The notes under the pieces: generated by a model | Database searches by the model: none | What the model saw: the letters and a program-made list of their open reading frames with translations, nothing else | Told to the model about the DNA's origin: nothing | Part shown: in pieces, positions 36,913-47,593 of the stretch | Layout of the letters: the number at the start of each line of letters is the position of its first letter | How positions within the stretch are numbered: the first letter of the stretch is position 1 | Made by a program: the position numbers and the translations under genes | Assembly: GCA_016783745.1 (NCBI GenBank) | Contig: JADHVZ010000001.1 | Location: forward strand, 9,447-73,446 | DNA from: Candidatus Omnitrophota bacterium | GTDB lineage: Bacteria; Omnitrophota; Gorgyraeia; JAHIPI01 | Reading direction: 5' to 3' | Length of the DNA: 64,000 bases

Positions 36913-36918
36913 GGTGAA

Positions 36919-39123
36919 ATGACGGATTTGATCAAGAATGTAAAATCAGGCCTTAATAAATTCTCATCTTCATATTTCGCGAAGATCATGGTACTGGTAG
37001 TTCTATTTCTGCTTCTGGCGGTTTTGATCTTTACGGGCACCCGCTCGTATAAGGCGGAGCTTAACGAAGGCGATATATCGTTAAACGATATCTTCGCGCC
37101 TTATGATTTTACCTACCCCAGCGAGATAGATGAAGCGAAGACAGGGGCGCTGCGGGAAGGCGCCCTGAAGGATTTCCTGCCGGTCTATGACCTCAAGATA
37201 AACTACTGGGAAGGCAGGCGAAAATTATTAACACAATTCAGCAATGAGATAGCTAAAGTGAATGAGCTGAAAGATGTTGAAGACACATGGCTTGTAGAGA
37301 AGCTCAAAAAAGATACCGCTATAAATATGGATAGCACTTTATTATTGCCGTTTTTACAGGAAGACGCGGCCCTTATCGAAACAACGAGCTTAAACGCGCT
37401 CAATATCCTGTCTTCTAAAATGATCACTACTTCTGAGACCATTGAAGAGCTGCAGAATGGCGGAAAAGAAGAAATAATAGTACGCGATAAGCAGTTGAAC
37501 GTCGAAGCCAGGATACCGCGGTCTGATCTATATACAACACTCAAGCTTGAGTCATCCATCGATGGAGTGCTTATAGACCAGGGAGTCAAAAAAATAGAAC
37601 TTCGCGAGGCCTTTAAGGGGCTATTACTCAACGTACTTACTTTCAATCTTGTCTATAACCAGGCAGAGACCGAATCAAGGCGAAAGGCTATACTTGACAG
37701 CGTGATCCCTGTTTTTAAGCAGGTGCCCGTAAAGGAAAACGAACTTATAATAGGTAAAGGCCAGAAGGCTGCGAGGACGCACCTTAGACAACTTGAGCGG
37801 ATCGCGAAAAAAGATACCGGACGCGCCAAGATCACGTATCTCGGTGGAATAATCATACTTTTAGCAGTTTTCGTAATAATGATGCCTGTTTATTTGAATA
37901 CGTACAGGAAAAAAATATTTAACGAGATCAGCAATCTCTATCTGATAAGCATCATTGTCTTTCTGACGGTGTTTATGGCAAAGGTCATCACCGTATCGCC
38001 GCTTCCGAGTTATTTTATCCCTATCGCCGCGGCAACAATGCTTACGACCATTCTTCTTGACGCGGGTGTGTCTTTTATGCTTTCAATAATGTTGAGCGTA
38101 TTCGCGGGTGTCATAGCCGGTAACAAATTTGATGTGATGGCAGTCTTACTGATGGGCAGCATGGCGGGAGTATATTTAATAAGAGGGGTAAGGCACCGCT
38201 CCCAAATATTAAAGGCGGGCCTTTTTGTGGGGTTCTTGAAATTTGTGATAATATGCGGCATAGGGCTACTTAATGAATTGAAGCCCGAAGTCTTTTTGAA
38301 AGAAGGATGTCTAGGTATAGCAAGCGGTATAGTGGCCTCCGGCATTACGATGTTTATGCTGCCTATTTTTGAATATATATTTAAGATATCAACGGATGTG
38401 ACGCTGCTTGAGCTATCGGACTTAAATCATCCGCTTCTGAAGAAGATGGTACTCAGCGCGCCCGGCACCTATCATCACAGTCTTGTGGTCGGTAATCTGG
38501 CTGAAGCGGCGAGTGATGTGGTAAAAGCCAATTCTCTGCTCGCGAGAGTGGGGGCTTATTACCATGATATCGGCAAGATCGAAAAGGCCGAGTATTTTAG
38601 TGAGAATGAAGCAAGCCATATAAGTACTCACCAGAAGCTTACGCCGTCTATGAGCGCACTTATTATACAAAGCCATGTAAAGGACGGGTTAGAGCTTGCC
38701 AGGAAGCACAGCCTGAATAAGACTATCAGAGATTTTATCGCCCAGCACCACGGCACAAGCCTGATCTATTATTTTTATCAGCGCGCCCTTGAGAAGATAG
38801 GCGATGAGAATACTCTGAAGGAAGAAGCCTTCAGGTATCCCGGACCTAAGCCGCAGACAAAAGAGACCGCAATAGTACTTTTAGCGGACGCAGTCGAGGC
38901 GTCAAGCCGCACTCTCAATGATCCGACGCCGTCAAGGATCAAGGGGCTGGTCCAGAAAATAATCAATAATAAGTTCATAGATAATCAGCTTGACGAATGC
39001 GAACTTACTTTAAAGGACCTGAATAAGATAGCGACGGCTTTTGTAAGGGTACTTACGGGTATATTCCACACAAGGGTGGAATATCCCGGTGAGAATAAGA
39101 ATAAGGGCAAAAAGAAAAAGTAA
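36919..39123 (+). CDS. 7TM receptor with intracellular HD hydrolase domain (PgpH/YqfF-like, c-di-AMP phosphodiesterase family)
   Basis: N-terminal extracellular region, 7 TM helices, and C-terminal HD/HDIG motifs (HHSLVVGNLAE..., YYHDIGK, AQHHGT). It sits between phoH and ybeY, as in Bacillus yqfF. Confidence 0.7.
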   Translation: MTDLIKNVKSGLNKFSSSYFAKIMVLVVLFLLLAVLIFTGTRSYKAELNEGDISLNDIFAPYDFTYPSEIDEAKTGALREGALKDFLPVYDLKINYWEGRRKLLTQFSNEIAKVNELKDVEDTWLVEKLKKDTAINMDSTLLLPFLQEDAALIETTSLNALNILSSKMITTSETIEELQNGGKEEIIVRDKQLNVEARIPRSDLYTTLKLESSIDGVLIDQGVKKIELREAFKGLLLNVLTFNLVYNQAETESRRKAILDSVIPVFKQVPVKENELIIGKGQKAARTHLRQLERIAKKDTGRAKITYLGGIIILLAVFVIMMPVYLNTYRKKIFNEISNLYLISIIVFLTVFMAKVITVSPLPSYFIPIAAATMLTTILLDAGVSFMLSIMLSVFAGVIAGNKFDVMAVLLMGSMAGVYLIRGVRHRSQILKAGLFVGFLKFVIICGIGLLNELKPEVFLKEGCLGIASGIVASGITMFMLPIFEYIFKISTDVTLLELSDLNHPLLKKMVLSAPGTYHHSLVVGNLAEAASDVVKANSLLARVGAYYHDIGKIEKAEYFSENEASHISTHQKLTPSMSALIIQSHVKDGLELARKHSLNKTIRDFIAQHHGTSLIYYFYQRALEKIGDENTLKEEAFRYPGPKPQTKETAIVLLADAVEASSRTLNDPTPSRIKGLVQKIINNKFIDNQLDECELTLKDLNKIATAFVRVLTGIFHTRVEYPGENKNKGKKKK

Positions 39124-39572
39124 TGATCTCTCTGAGCGCGGCTAACATCTCGCGATGTTACTTTTTAAACAGCAGTAAGCTAGAAAGGGTAGTAAGGTTT
39201 ACTCTTAAGTCCCTAGGGATAAAAGACGCGAGTTTATCCATTATTTTTGTAAGCGACAGCCGGATAAAACGGCTTAATAACCTCTACCGCGGTTCTGACA
39301 GGCCTACCGACGTACTGGCGTTTTCAATGCGGGAAGGTAAGCGTCTTTTGGGGAAGCGGCCGGTCATGGGCGATATCGTTATATCCGTTGACCGGGCCAG
39401 AAAGCAGGCGAAAAGATTCGAATCCACCTTTAAAAGAGAAATATATCTTTACATAATTCACGGGATCCTTCATCTTGCCGGATATAATGATGAAAGGCCC
39501 GGAGATAAAAGAGTGATGCGCCGGAAAGAGGATGAGATATTAAATAGATTATGCCGAAAAATAAACTTGTAG
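39123..39572 (+). CDS. ybeY: Endoribonuclease YbeY
   Basis: HGILHLAGYNDE zinc-binding H-x-x-x-H...H motif. 149 aa. Confidence 0.8.
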   Translation: MISLSAANISRCYFLNSSKLERVVRFTLKSLGIKDASLSIIFVSDSRIKRLNNLYRGSDRPTDVLAFSMREGKRLLGKRPVMGDIVISVDRARKQAKRFESTFKREIYLYIIHGILHLAGYNDERPGDKRVMRRKEDEILNRLCRKINL

Positions 39573-40249
39573 ATTCTTTTAATTACGCCATAGAAGGCCT
39601 CCTTTATGTTTTAAGAACTCAGAGAAACATGCGCGTTCATTTTCTTTTCTCCGTATTCATAATACTTCTCGGGATCTATATGGATCTGAAAGCGCTTGAG
39701 ATCATAGCGCTGGTTATGATCATCACCTTTGTGCTGTGCGCTGAAATATTCAACACGGCTATCGAATATACGATAGACCTTATAAGTGAGACAAAGAGCC
39801 CGCTCGCGCGCATTGTAAAGGATATAGGCGCGGGTGCCGTACTTTTATCGACTATCAGCGCGGTAATAGTGGGGTACATAATATTTTCCCGGCACCTGAA
39901 TATTCCATTCGAAAGCGGCGTGTTAAAGATCGCGCAATCACCGTGGCATATGACTTTTATAGCTTTAATAGTGGTCTTAAGCCTTGTGATCGCGGGAAAG
40001 GTGATGTTGCATAGCGGTACACCCTTCAGGGGAGGCATGCCAAGCGGGCACGCGGCCATGGCATTTTCTTTATGGACCGCCATACTTTTTTTAACGTCAA
40101 ACGACGTAGTTGTGATACTGGCTTTTATACTGGCATTTTTTGTAGCGCGAAGCAGAATAGTAAACGCGATACACAATTTTTGGGAGGCATTGAGCGGCGC
40201 GATCATCGGTACACTTACAACGACGCTGATATTTCAGGTATTAAAGTAG
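39551..40249 (+). CDS. Fusion of DgkA-type (diacylglycerol/undecaprenol) kinase with a C-terminal PAP2-like phosphatase domain
   Basis: Residues 1-117 align to DgkA (EIFNTAIEYTIDLIS...ARIVKDIGAGAVLLSTISAVIVGYIIFSRH). The C-terminal ~110 aa carry PAP2 motifs PSGHAAMAF and SRIVNAIHNFWE. Confidence 0.55.
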   Translation: MPKNKLVDSFNYAIEGLLYVLRTQRNMRVHFLFSVFIILLGIYMDLKALEIIALVMIITFVLCAEIFNTAIEYTIDLISETKSPLARIVKDIGAGAVLLSTISAVIVGYIIFSRHLNIPFESGVLKIAQSPWHMTFIALIVVLSLVIAGKVMLHSGTPFRGGMPSGHAAMAFSLWTAILFLTSNDVVVILAFILAFFVARSRIVNAIHNFWEALSGAIIGTLTTTLIFQVLK

Positions 40250-40271
40250 CGTTTTTAAAGGGAGAATAAAC

Positions 40272-40901
40272 ATGATAGCCAAGTTGAGAGATAATTTTTT
40301 AGCCGGGATAGTGGTAATACTGCCTATAGCCATAACACTGTGGCTATTCACCTTGATCTATGATGCCGTAAACATCAAGATCCTCCTCCCACTTACAAAA
40401 TTCTTCAAGCCTCACATTGCTAGTGTATATGCGGAGTACGGTGTCCGGAGCGTCATATTTTTACTGTTGATAGCTTTAGTGGTCCTCATAGGATTCGCGA
40501 CGAGGATAATTTTCATACGAAAGTTATTTTCAATCGGAGAAAGATTATTTTTCAAGATACCGATGATAGGCAAGGCCTATGTCACCATAAGGCAGATGAG
40601 CAGGGCGTTTCTCGGTGACCGCAAGGGTATTTTTAAGTCCGCGGTGCTTGTGGAATATCCCAGAAAAGGGGTTTACTCGATAGGCCTCCTAACCTCCGAG
40701 ACTAAAGGCGAGATCCAGAAGAAGATCGATAAAAAGCTGGTGAATATATTTATTCCGACTACTCCTAATCCGACAAGCGGAATATTGCTGATGGTGCCGG
40801 AAGATGAACTTGTCAATCTTGATATGAGCGTGGAAGAGGCTATGAAGCTGATAGTTTCCGGCGGCATGGTGGCGCCCGGAGACCTGATGGAGAACAGGTA
40901 G
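40272..40901 (+). CDS. DUF502-family membrane protein
   Basis: N-terminus MIAKLRDNFLAGIVVILPIAITLWLF is typical of DUF502. Confidence 0.5.
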   Translation: MIAKLRDNFLAGIVVILPIAITLWLFTLIYDAVNIKILLPLTKFFKPHIASVYAEYGVRSVIFLLLIALVVLIGFATRIIFIRKLFSIGERLFFKIPMIGKAYVTIRQMSRAFLGDRKGIFKSAVLVEYPRKGVYSIGLLTSETKGEIQKKIDKKLVNIFIPTTPNPTSGILLMVPEDELVNLDMSVEEAMKLIVSGGMVAPGDLMENR

Positions 40902-41668
40902 TGGCCATACACAAGACAGACGCCATAGTACTTAGAAAACAGGACATCCGCGAAACAAGCCTTGCTGTGGTTTTTTACACCCGTGATTTTGGGAAAATAC
41001 GCGGGCTGATAAAAGGCGCCAGGGGCCCGAGGGGCTATCTGGGGTACCAGGTACAGTTGTTCACGCTGAATAAAGTTGTTTTTTACGATTCAAGAAAATC
41101 CGGCGTACACACAATCTCTTATTGCGATCTTTCTAATTTTTTTGAGCATATACGAACCGATATTGTTAAAACCGGTTACGCCTGTTACTTTGTGGAGCTG
41201 GTGGACGCACTTACCGCGGAGAAGGACAAGAACGAGGATATCTTCGAGCTTTTAATAAATAGCCTCCGGCTCCTTGAGAGCGGGGCGAGCCCGAAGAGGA
41301 TCTCGAGGATGCTTGAGATAAAGCTTCTGAAATTTTCCGGGATCATGCCGAGGCTTGAAAGCTGTGCTGTTTGCGGAGATAAGATAAGCGTCAAGGACGC
41401 CTCTTTTGGTAGATCAAGGTTTAGCTGCAGGCTAGGGGGGTTGACCTGTGAGCAATGCTCAAAGGAAAGAGGTATCTCCCGCAAGATAATGCCCGGTACG
41501 GCTAATTTTATCGAACATGTGGAAAGGGCGCCTTACGAAAAGCTTAGCAGGATAAAGGCCTCCAGGGACGTGGGTGAGGAACTGGAAGAGGTAATGAAAG
41601 AGGTCCTGGAGTACCAGCTGGATACGAAGATCAAGTCGCTCGAGTTTCTGGAGAAGATAGAAAAATAG
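40901..41668 (+). CDS. recO: DNA repair protein RecO
   Basis: N-terminal OB-fold region (AIVLRKQDIRETSLAVVFYT..GKIRGLIKGARG) and C-terminal Cys4 zinc site (CAVCGDK...CEQC). Confidence 0.7.
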   Translation: MAIHKTDAIVLRKQDIRETSLAVVFYTRDFGKIRGLIKGARGPRGYLGYQVQLFTLNKVVFYDSRKSGVHTISYCDLSNFFEHIRTDIVKTGYACYFVELVDALTAEKDKNEDIFELLINSLRLLESGASPKRISRMLEIKLLKFSGIMPRLESCAVCGDKISVKDASFGRSRFSCRLGGLTCEQCSKERGISRKIMPGTANFIEHVERAPYEKLSRIKASRDVGEELEEVMKEVLEYQLDTKIKSLEFLEKIEK

Positions 41669-41782
41669 GTAGTAGGGTGTAGGTAGTAGGTAGTAGGGAA
41701 AAATCCCTTGATATAAAAAAGATTATATGCTAATATATCAAAATATTTTACATAAAACCCATTTTTCTTATAAGGAACTTTT

Positions 41783-43084
41783 ATGGAACAAGATCTAATG
41801 CAGAAGATCGTATCGCTTTGTAAGCGGCGCGGTTTTATTTTTCAATCAAGCGAGATCTATGGCGGGCTTGCCAGTACGTGGGATTACGGCCCGCTCGGCG
41901 CTGAATTAAAAAAGAACCTGAAAGAAGCATGGTGGAGCTCCAACGTCTATGATCGCGGCGACATAGAAGGGCTGGATGCGTCTATACTTATGCATCCGGC
42001 AACATGGAAGGCGTCGGGACACGTTGCGGGTTTTACTGATACGCTTGTAGATTGCAGGAAATGCAAGAAAAGATACAAGGCGGAGAATACTGACGGCAAA
42101 AAATGTCCGGAATGCGGAGGAGAGCTTACCGAGGCCCGCCAGTTCAATCTGATGTTAAAAACTCACCTGGGATCTGTTGAAAATGAAAGCAATCTTATAT
42201 ATATGCGGCCTGAGACAGCGCAGGGCATATTTGTAAATTTTCAGAATGTGGCTACCGCTATGCGCCGCAAGATACCTTTTGGCATAGCTCAGATAGGCAA
42301 GGCCTTCAGAAATGAGATAACTACCGGGAATTTTACATTTCGCTCCCGTGAATTCGAGCAAATGGAGATCGAGTATTTTGTTAAACCGGGCACGGAGGAT
42401 GAGTGGTATAAGAAGTGGATAGATGAAAGGTTCAACTGGTATATAAAATTCGGGATAAAGAAAGAAAATCTCAGGAAAAGAGAACATGCCAAGGATGAGG
42501 TGGCCCATTACGCTAAGGCCTGCACTGATATAGAATACCAGTTTCCGTTCGGCTGGTCAGAACTTGAAGGCATAGCCAACAGGACTGATTTTGACCTGAA
42601 GCAGCATATGGAGTTGAGTTCTAAAGATATGCAGTATTTTGACGATGAGGCAAAAGAGAGATATGTGCCCTATGTGATAGAACCTTCAGGCGGCATTGAC
42701 CGCTCCATTCTGGCGTTTCTTGTGGACTCTTACAGAGAGGAGCAGGTAAGGGGGGAGAAACGTGTTTCGCTGAGTATCCACAGTAGTCTTGCGCCCATCA
42801 AGGCGGCGGTTCTACCGCTACTGAAGAAAAAGCCTGAGATCACAAAGTTGGCGAAAGAGATCACTGCGGATCTCAGAGGCTCTATCAAGGTGGTGTATGA
42901 TGACACTGCCTCGATAGGCAGGCTATATAGGCGGCAGGATGAGATCGGCACGCCTTTCTGCATCACAGTTGACGTTGACACATTGACCGATAAAAAGGTC
43001 ACTGTGCGCGACAGAGATACGATGCGGCAGGAAAGAATAGAGATAACGAATTTAAAAGAATATTTATCCCGCAAGTTAACGTGA
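41783..43084 (+). CDS. glyQS: Glycyl-tRNA synthetase (alpha2, single-chain type)
   Basis: N-terminus [26 protein letters not shown], class II motifs, and a C-terminal anticodon-binding domain. Confidence 0.85.
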   Translation: MEQDLMQKIVSLCKRRGFIFQSSEIYGGLASTWDYGPLGAELKKNLKEAWWSSNVYDRGDIEGLDASILMHPATWKASGHVAGFTDTLVDCRKCKKRYKAENTDGKKCPECGGELTEARQFNLMLKTHLGSVENESNLIYMRPETAQGIFVNFQNVATAMRRKIPFGIAQIGKAFRNEITTGNFTFRSREFEQMEIEYFVKPGTEDEWYKKWIDERFNWYIKFGIKKENLRKREHAKDEVAHYAKACTDIEYQFPFGWSELEGIANRTDFDLKQHMELSSKDMQYFDDEAKERYVPYVIEPSGGIDRSILAFLVDSYREEQVRGEKRVSLSIHSSLAPIKAAVLPLLKKKPEITKLAKEITADLRGSIKVVYDDTASIGRLYRRQDEIGTPFCITVDVDTLTDKKVTVRDRDTMRQERIEITNLKEYLSRKLT

Positions 43085-43094
43085 AAGGAGCGGC

Positions 43095-45866
43095 ATGGAG
43101 ATTAAGGTGGCTACAAAAAAGGGAAAGACTAATACTGTAAAGGGAAGTAAAAACGTATATAGTTTTGGGAAAGGCAAGGCGCAGGGCAGCGCTCAGATGA
43201 AGAACCTTCTCGGTGGAAAAGGGGCTAATCTTGCGGAGATGACAAATCTCGGCATACCTGTTCCGGCGGGATTTACCATATCCACGGATGTCTGCACCTA
43301 TTACTATGGCAATAACAACAACTATCCCAAGACGTTGGAAGGCGAAGTAGAAAAGGCGCTTCAGCACGTGGAAAGCATAATGGGCGCCAAGTTTGGGGAT
43401 AAGGACAACCCTCTTTTAGTTTCCGTAAGATCCGGCGCGAGAGTCTCCATGCCGGGCATGATGGACACAGTACTAAACCTGGGCCTCAATGATACTACTG
43501 TGCAGGGGCTCATAAAGCAGACTAATAATGAGCGCTTCGCTTACGACGCTTACAGAAGGTTTGTACAGATGTACGGCGACGTTGTCCTGGGGCTTAAGCC
43601 GCAGAACAAAGACGAGCATGATCCTTTTGAAGTTCTCATGGATAAAATAAAAGAAGAAAAGGGTATAAAACTTGATGTGGATCTCACGGCAGAGGACCTT
43701 AAGAAGCTGGTATCGCTTTTTAAGAAAGAGATCAAGTTAAAGACCGGTAATGATTTCCCGGAAGATGCTATGCAGCAGTTGTGGGGCGCGATAGGGGCCG
43801 TCTTCGGTTCATGGAATAACGAGCGGGCCATCGCGTACCGTCAGATCAATAACATCCCGGGCGCATGGGGAACAGCCGTAAACGTACAATCTATGGTATT
43901 TGGAAATATGGGAGAAAACAGCGGAACAGGCGTCGCGTTTACAAGAGACCCTTCGACCGGAGAGAAGAAATTCTACGGTGAATATCTGCTTGACGCTCAA
44001 GGTGAGGACGTTGTGGCCGGTACAAGGACGCCTCAGCCGATAGAAAAATTAGAAAATGATATGAAGGGCCCGTACGAGAAGCTCTTAAAGATATGCAAAA
44101 AACTTGAAGACCATTACAAAGATATGCAGGATATGGAATTCACCATACAAAAAGGCAAGCTGTGGATGCTGCAAACGCGGACAGGGAAAAGGACAGGCAT
44201 GGCAGCCATAAAGATAGCCGTTGATATGGTGAACGAAGGGTTCATCTCTGAAGATGTTGCTCTCTCCAGGGTAGACCCCGAGCAGTTGAACCAGCTCCTG
44301 AGGCCTATCTTTGATCTGGCGGAGAAGAAAAACGCCATAAAAGAAGGCAGACTTCTCGCAAAAGGCCTCAACGCCGGTCCCGGAGCCGCTTGCGGCAAAG
44401 TGGTGTTTAACGCTGTAGACGCCGAGGAATGGGCAGGCCGCGGTGAAAACGTGATCCTGACAAGGATAGAGACCAGCCCGGAAGACATAAAAGGCATGAA
44501 TGCGGCAGTCGGCATCTTAACACAGCGCGGCGGCATGACGTCTCATGCCGCTCTCGTAGCAAGGCAAATGGGTAAGGTCTGCGTCGCGGGATGCGGCGCG
44601 TTAGATATAGATTATGTCGGCCGGAAGATGACCGTAAAGGACAAAGAGATCAAGGAGGGCGACTATATATCCATCGACGGAAGCACAGGAGAAGTTATAC
44701 AGGGTGAAGTCCAGACAAAGCCGTCAGAGGTATTGCAGGTATTGTTTGAAAAAAGCCTTGATCCTGACAAGTCAGAGACATATCAGCTTTTTGACAAGCT
44801 GATGAAATGGGCTGACAAAAGGCGAAAACTCGGCGTAAGAACAAATGCTGACCAGCCTGATCAGGCGGCTAAAGCTATAGCTTTTGGGGCCGAAGGTATC
44901 GGGCTCTGCAGAACTGAGCATATGTTTTTCGGTGAGAATAAAATAAGCGCCATGAGGGAGATGATCCTGGCTGATGATGAGAGCGGCAGAAGAAAAGCGC
45001 TGGAAAAACTTCTTCCTATGCAAAAGGAAGACTTTGTCGGGATATTCAAGGTGATGAACGGATTCCCCGTAACGATAAGGACGCTGGATCCGCCATTACA
45101 CGAATTCCTGCCTCACGGCGAAAAAGAGATAGATAGGCTGGCGTCAATAATGAACGTCAGCACGGAAAAGCTTCATTCAAAGATCAGCAGTCTGAAGGAG
45201 ATGAATCCGATGCTGGGTCACAGGGGCTGCCGGCTTGGGATAGTATATCCGGAGATAACAGAGATGCAGGCAAAGGCCATATTCGAGGCGGCTTGTGAAG
45301 TGAGTAAGGCGGGCATTGATGTAAAGACGGAGATCATGATACCGCTTGTCAGTCATGTCAACGAACTTAGATCTCAGGCGACTCTGGTGAGGAATGTGGC
45401 CGAAGAAGTCATAAGCAAAAATAAGGCGAAGGTCGATTATCTGATAGGGACGATGATAGAACTGCCGCGCGCCTGTATTACAGCTGATGAAATAGCGGAA
45501 GTCGCCGAGTTCTTTTCATTCGGGACGAATGACCTTACGCAGACTACATATGGCTTCTCAAGGGATGACGCGGCCAATTTTCTGGTCCACTACTACGATA
45601 AGGACATACTAAAAGACGATCCTTTCCAGACTATCGACCAGTCCGGAGTGGGAGAGCTTGTCAAGATGGGAGTCAATAAGGGCCGCAGCGTGCGGAAGGG
45701 GCTAAAAATAGGCATATGCGGTGAACACGGCGGAGAGCCGCGCTCAGTGGAATTCTGCCATCGTATAGGGCTGAACTATGTCAGCTGTTCTCCTTTCCGC
45801 GTGCCCATAGCGCGATTGGCAGCTGCCCAGGCAGCGCTTAAAGATAAGAAGAAAACAAAAAAGTGA
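43095..45866 (+). CDS. ppdK: Pyruvate, phosphate dikinase
   Basis: N-terminal ATP-grasp ([10 protein letters not shown]), phosphohistidine domain ([15 protein letters not shown]), and C-terminal PEP-utilising TIM barrel ([22 protein letters not shown]). Confidence 0.9.
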   Translation: MEIKVATKKGKTNTVKGSKNVYSFGKGKAQGSAQMKNLLGGKGANLAEMTNLGIPVPAGFTISTDVCTYYYGNNNNYPKTLEGEVEKALQHVESIMGAKFGDKDNPLLVSVRSGARVSMPGMMDTVLNLGLNDTTVQGLIKQTNNERFAYDAYRRFVQMYGDVVLGLKPQNKDEHDPFEVLMDKIKEEKGIKLDVDLTAEDLKKLVSLFKKEIKLKTGNDFPEDAMQQLWGAIGAVFGSWNNERAIAYRQINNIPGAWGTAVNVQSMVFGNMGENSGTGVAFTRDPSTGEKKFYGEYLLDAQGEDVVAGTRTPQPIEKLENDMKGPYEKLLKICKKLEDHYKDMQDMEFTIQKGKLWMLQTRTGKRTGMAAIKIAVDMVNEGFISEDVALSRVDPEQLNQLLRPIFDLAEKKNAIKEGRLLAKGLNAGPGAACGKVVFNAVDAEEWAGRGENVILTRIETSPEDIKGMNAAVGILTQRGGMTSHAALVARQMGKVCVAGCGALDIDYVGRKMTVKDKEIKEGDYISIDGSTGEVIQGEVQTKPSEVLQVLFEKSLDPDKSETYQLFDKLMKWADKRRKLGVRTNADQPDQAAKAIAFGAEGIGLCRTEHMFFGENKISAMREMILADDESGRRKALEKLLPMQKEDFVGIFKVMNGFPVTIRTLDPPLHEFLPHGEKEIDRLASIMNVSTEKLHSKISSLKEMNPMLGHRGCRLGIVYPEITEMQAKAIFEAACEVSKAGIDVKTEIMIPLVSHVNELRSQATLVRNVAEEVISKNKAKVDYLIGTMIELPRACITADEIAEVAEFFSFGTNDLTQTTYGFSRDDAANFLVHYYDKDILKDDPFQTIDQSGVGELVKMGVNKGRSVRKGLKIGICGEHGGEPRSVEFCHRIGLNYVSCSPFRVPIARLAAAQAALKDKKKTKK

Positions 45867-45872
45867 GCATAA

Positions 45873-46697
45873 ATGGATGCGATAAAACTGTATCTTAAAG
45901 ACATAAAAAATATCCCGCTTCTTACCGCTAAAGAAGAGTTGGAATTAGCAAATAAGATCAAGAAGGGCAGCAAGGCTGCGAGGGCGAAGATGATCCGCTC
46001 AAACCTTCGTCTCGTGATCAATATTGCCAAGCGTTACAGCTATCTGGGTGTTCCCATGATGGACCTCATCGAGGAAGGTAATCTGGGGCTCATGAAGGCG
46101 GTAGAGAAGTATAACCCGAAACGCGGATATAGGTTTTCGACGTATGCTGCCTGGTGGATACGGCAGTATATCACCCGTGCCATCGCGAATCAGGGGAAAA
46201 CTATCCGCGTACCTGTATATATGGTGGAAACCGCCATGCGCTTTAAAAAGGTATCGGAACAGCTTCTAATGGAACTTAAAAGAAAAGCCTCGCTAAGGGA
46301 AGTAGCCAAAAGGATGAGACTGTCCATGAAGAAGATGAGGCAGCTCAATAAGATGGCGGCAAAGATATCATCGCTGAACGCGCCTATAGGCAGTGAGGGG
46401 ACAGCCGAGTTTATGGATCTTATAGAGGATGAGAATGTATCTACCTCCGCTGATGAGCTCATGGAGTTTTTCAAGAAAGAGCATGTAGAGGAATTGCTTG
46501 AGCGTATGTCGCCGCGGGAGAAGAAGATACTAACGCTTCGTTTTGGGCTGAAGGACGGCATTCCCCGCACTTTAGGCTCTACTGCTAAACGTTTTGGGAT
46601 AACAAGAGAGCGTGTGCGCCAGATCGAGAACGCGGCCATGAGAAAACTTAGAGAATATTTGAAACAGCAGGGAATAATGTCGGCTAAGGAGGAGTAG
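45873..46697 (+). CDS. RNA polymerase sigma-70 family factor (short, 274 aa, regions 2-4)
   Basis: Region 2 (RYSYLGVPMMDLIEEGNLGLMKAVEKYNP...FSTYAAWWIRQYI), region 3, and region 4 HTH (TLGSTAKRFGITRERVRQIENAAMRKL). Confidence 0.75.
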   Translation: MDAIKLYLKDIKNIPLLTAKEELELANKIKKGSKAARAKMIRSNLRLVINIAKRYSYLGVPMMDLIEEGNLGLMKAVEKYNPKRGYRFSTYAAWWIRQYITRAIANQGKTIRVPVYMVETAMRFKKVSEQLLMELKRKASLREVAKRMRLSMKKMRQLNKMAAKISSLNAPIGSEGTAEFMDLIEDENVSTSADELMEFFKKEHVEELLERMSPREKKILTLRFGLKDGIPRTLGSTAKRFGITRERVRQIENAAMRKLREYLKQQGIMSAKEE

Positions 46698-46703
46698 GCG
46701 AGC

Positions 46704-47219
46704 ATGGAAGACCTGAAAAAAATCATACGCGATGTACCCGATTTTCCTAAAGCAGGGATAATTTTTAAAGATATCACGCCGCTTTTACAGGATCAAGGCT
46801 TTTTTAAAAAAGCCGTGGACAGTATTTGCGGGCAGTACAAGGATAAAAAGATAGATGCGGTTGTGAGCATTGAATCAAGAGGTTTCATTTTTGGTTCCGC
46901 TATTGCTTATAAGCTTGGAGCGGGACTTGTGCCTGTCCGGAAGAAGGGAAAGCTTCCCTATAAAACATATTCCGCTACTTATGATCTTGAATACGGGCAG
47001 GATACACTTGAGATACATCAGGACGCGGTGAGTAAAGGTACCCGGGTTTTGATAGTGGATGACCTTCTGGCCACAGGCGGCACGCTTGGCGCGACCATCG
47101 ATCTTGTGAAAAAGATGGGCGCGGACATAGCGGGCATTGCTTTTTTAATAGAATTGACTTTTTTGAAAGGAAGAGAGAAGCACAAGGATCAAGAGATCTT
47201 TTCTTTGATAAAATATTAA
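46704..47219 (+). CDS. apt: Adenine phosphoribosyltransferase
   Basis: PRPP-binding loop VLIVDDLLATGGT and N-terminal DFPKAGIIFKDITPLL. Confidence 0.85.
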   Translation: MEDLKKIIRDVPDFPKAGIIFKDITPLLQDQGFFKKAVDSICGQYKDKKIDAVVSIESRGFIFGSAIAYKLGAGLVPVRKKGKLPYKTYSATYDLEYGQDTLEIHQDAVSKGTRVLIVDDLLATGGTLGATIDLVKKMGADIAGIAFLIELTFLKGREKHKDQEIFSLIKY

Positions 47220-47314
47220 AGATAGATGCGCCTGCCCGCCTGCGCTATTGTGTAAGTGTTTCTTACGAAGTAAGCTTCGGCGGACACGGCTTCTCATAGA
47301 AGAGTTTCATAGAT

Positions 47315-47393
47315 GCGCCTGTAGCTCATCAGGATAGAGCGGAAGTTTCCTAAACTTCGTCAGCAGGGGGTTCGAGTCCCTCCAGGCGCACCA
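47315..47393 (+). tRNA. tRNA-Arg (anticodon CCT), CCA-encoded, with an atypically long (7-nt) variable loop
   Basis: Hand-folded: acceptor GCGCCTG with CAGGCGC, D stem GCTC with GAGC, anticodon stem GAAGT with ACTTC, loop TTCCTAA (U33, A37), T arm GGGGG-TTCGAGT-CCCTC, discriminator A plus CCA. Confidence 0.65.
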
Positions 47394-47483
47394 CTATAGC
47401 GGTCGGGCTCCGGGGCCAAAAAGTGAGGAATGGGCTTTTTGCCCCTTCGTCCTGCAGCAATGGAATAAGCGGGCAGGACTAGC

Positions 47484-47593
47484 GACCGAGCGCGAAATGC
47501 GCGAGGAAGTGCAGTGTTCAACTGAACGCTGCCGACCGAGCGCGAAATGCGCGAGGAAGTGCAGTGTTCAACTGAACGCTGCCGACCGAGCGC
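47484..47593. repeat. 50-bp tandem direct repeat x2.2 (GACCGAGCGCGAAATGCGCGAGGAAGTGCAGTGTTCAACTGAACGCTGCC)
   Basis: Two exact 50-bp units plus a 10-bp third start. Together with the 47596-47632 palindrome they lie inside 26-bp direct repeats at 47403-47428 and 47663-47689. Confidence 0.8.

Noticed and set aside
47484-47593. A possible CRISPR array at the 50-bp direct repeats, and likewise at the 62-bp array at 51670-51878
   Set aside because: The units abut directly with no unique spacers and are longer than CRISPR repeats. No cas genes are in the window. They are tandem repeats, not CRISPR.
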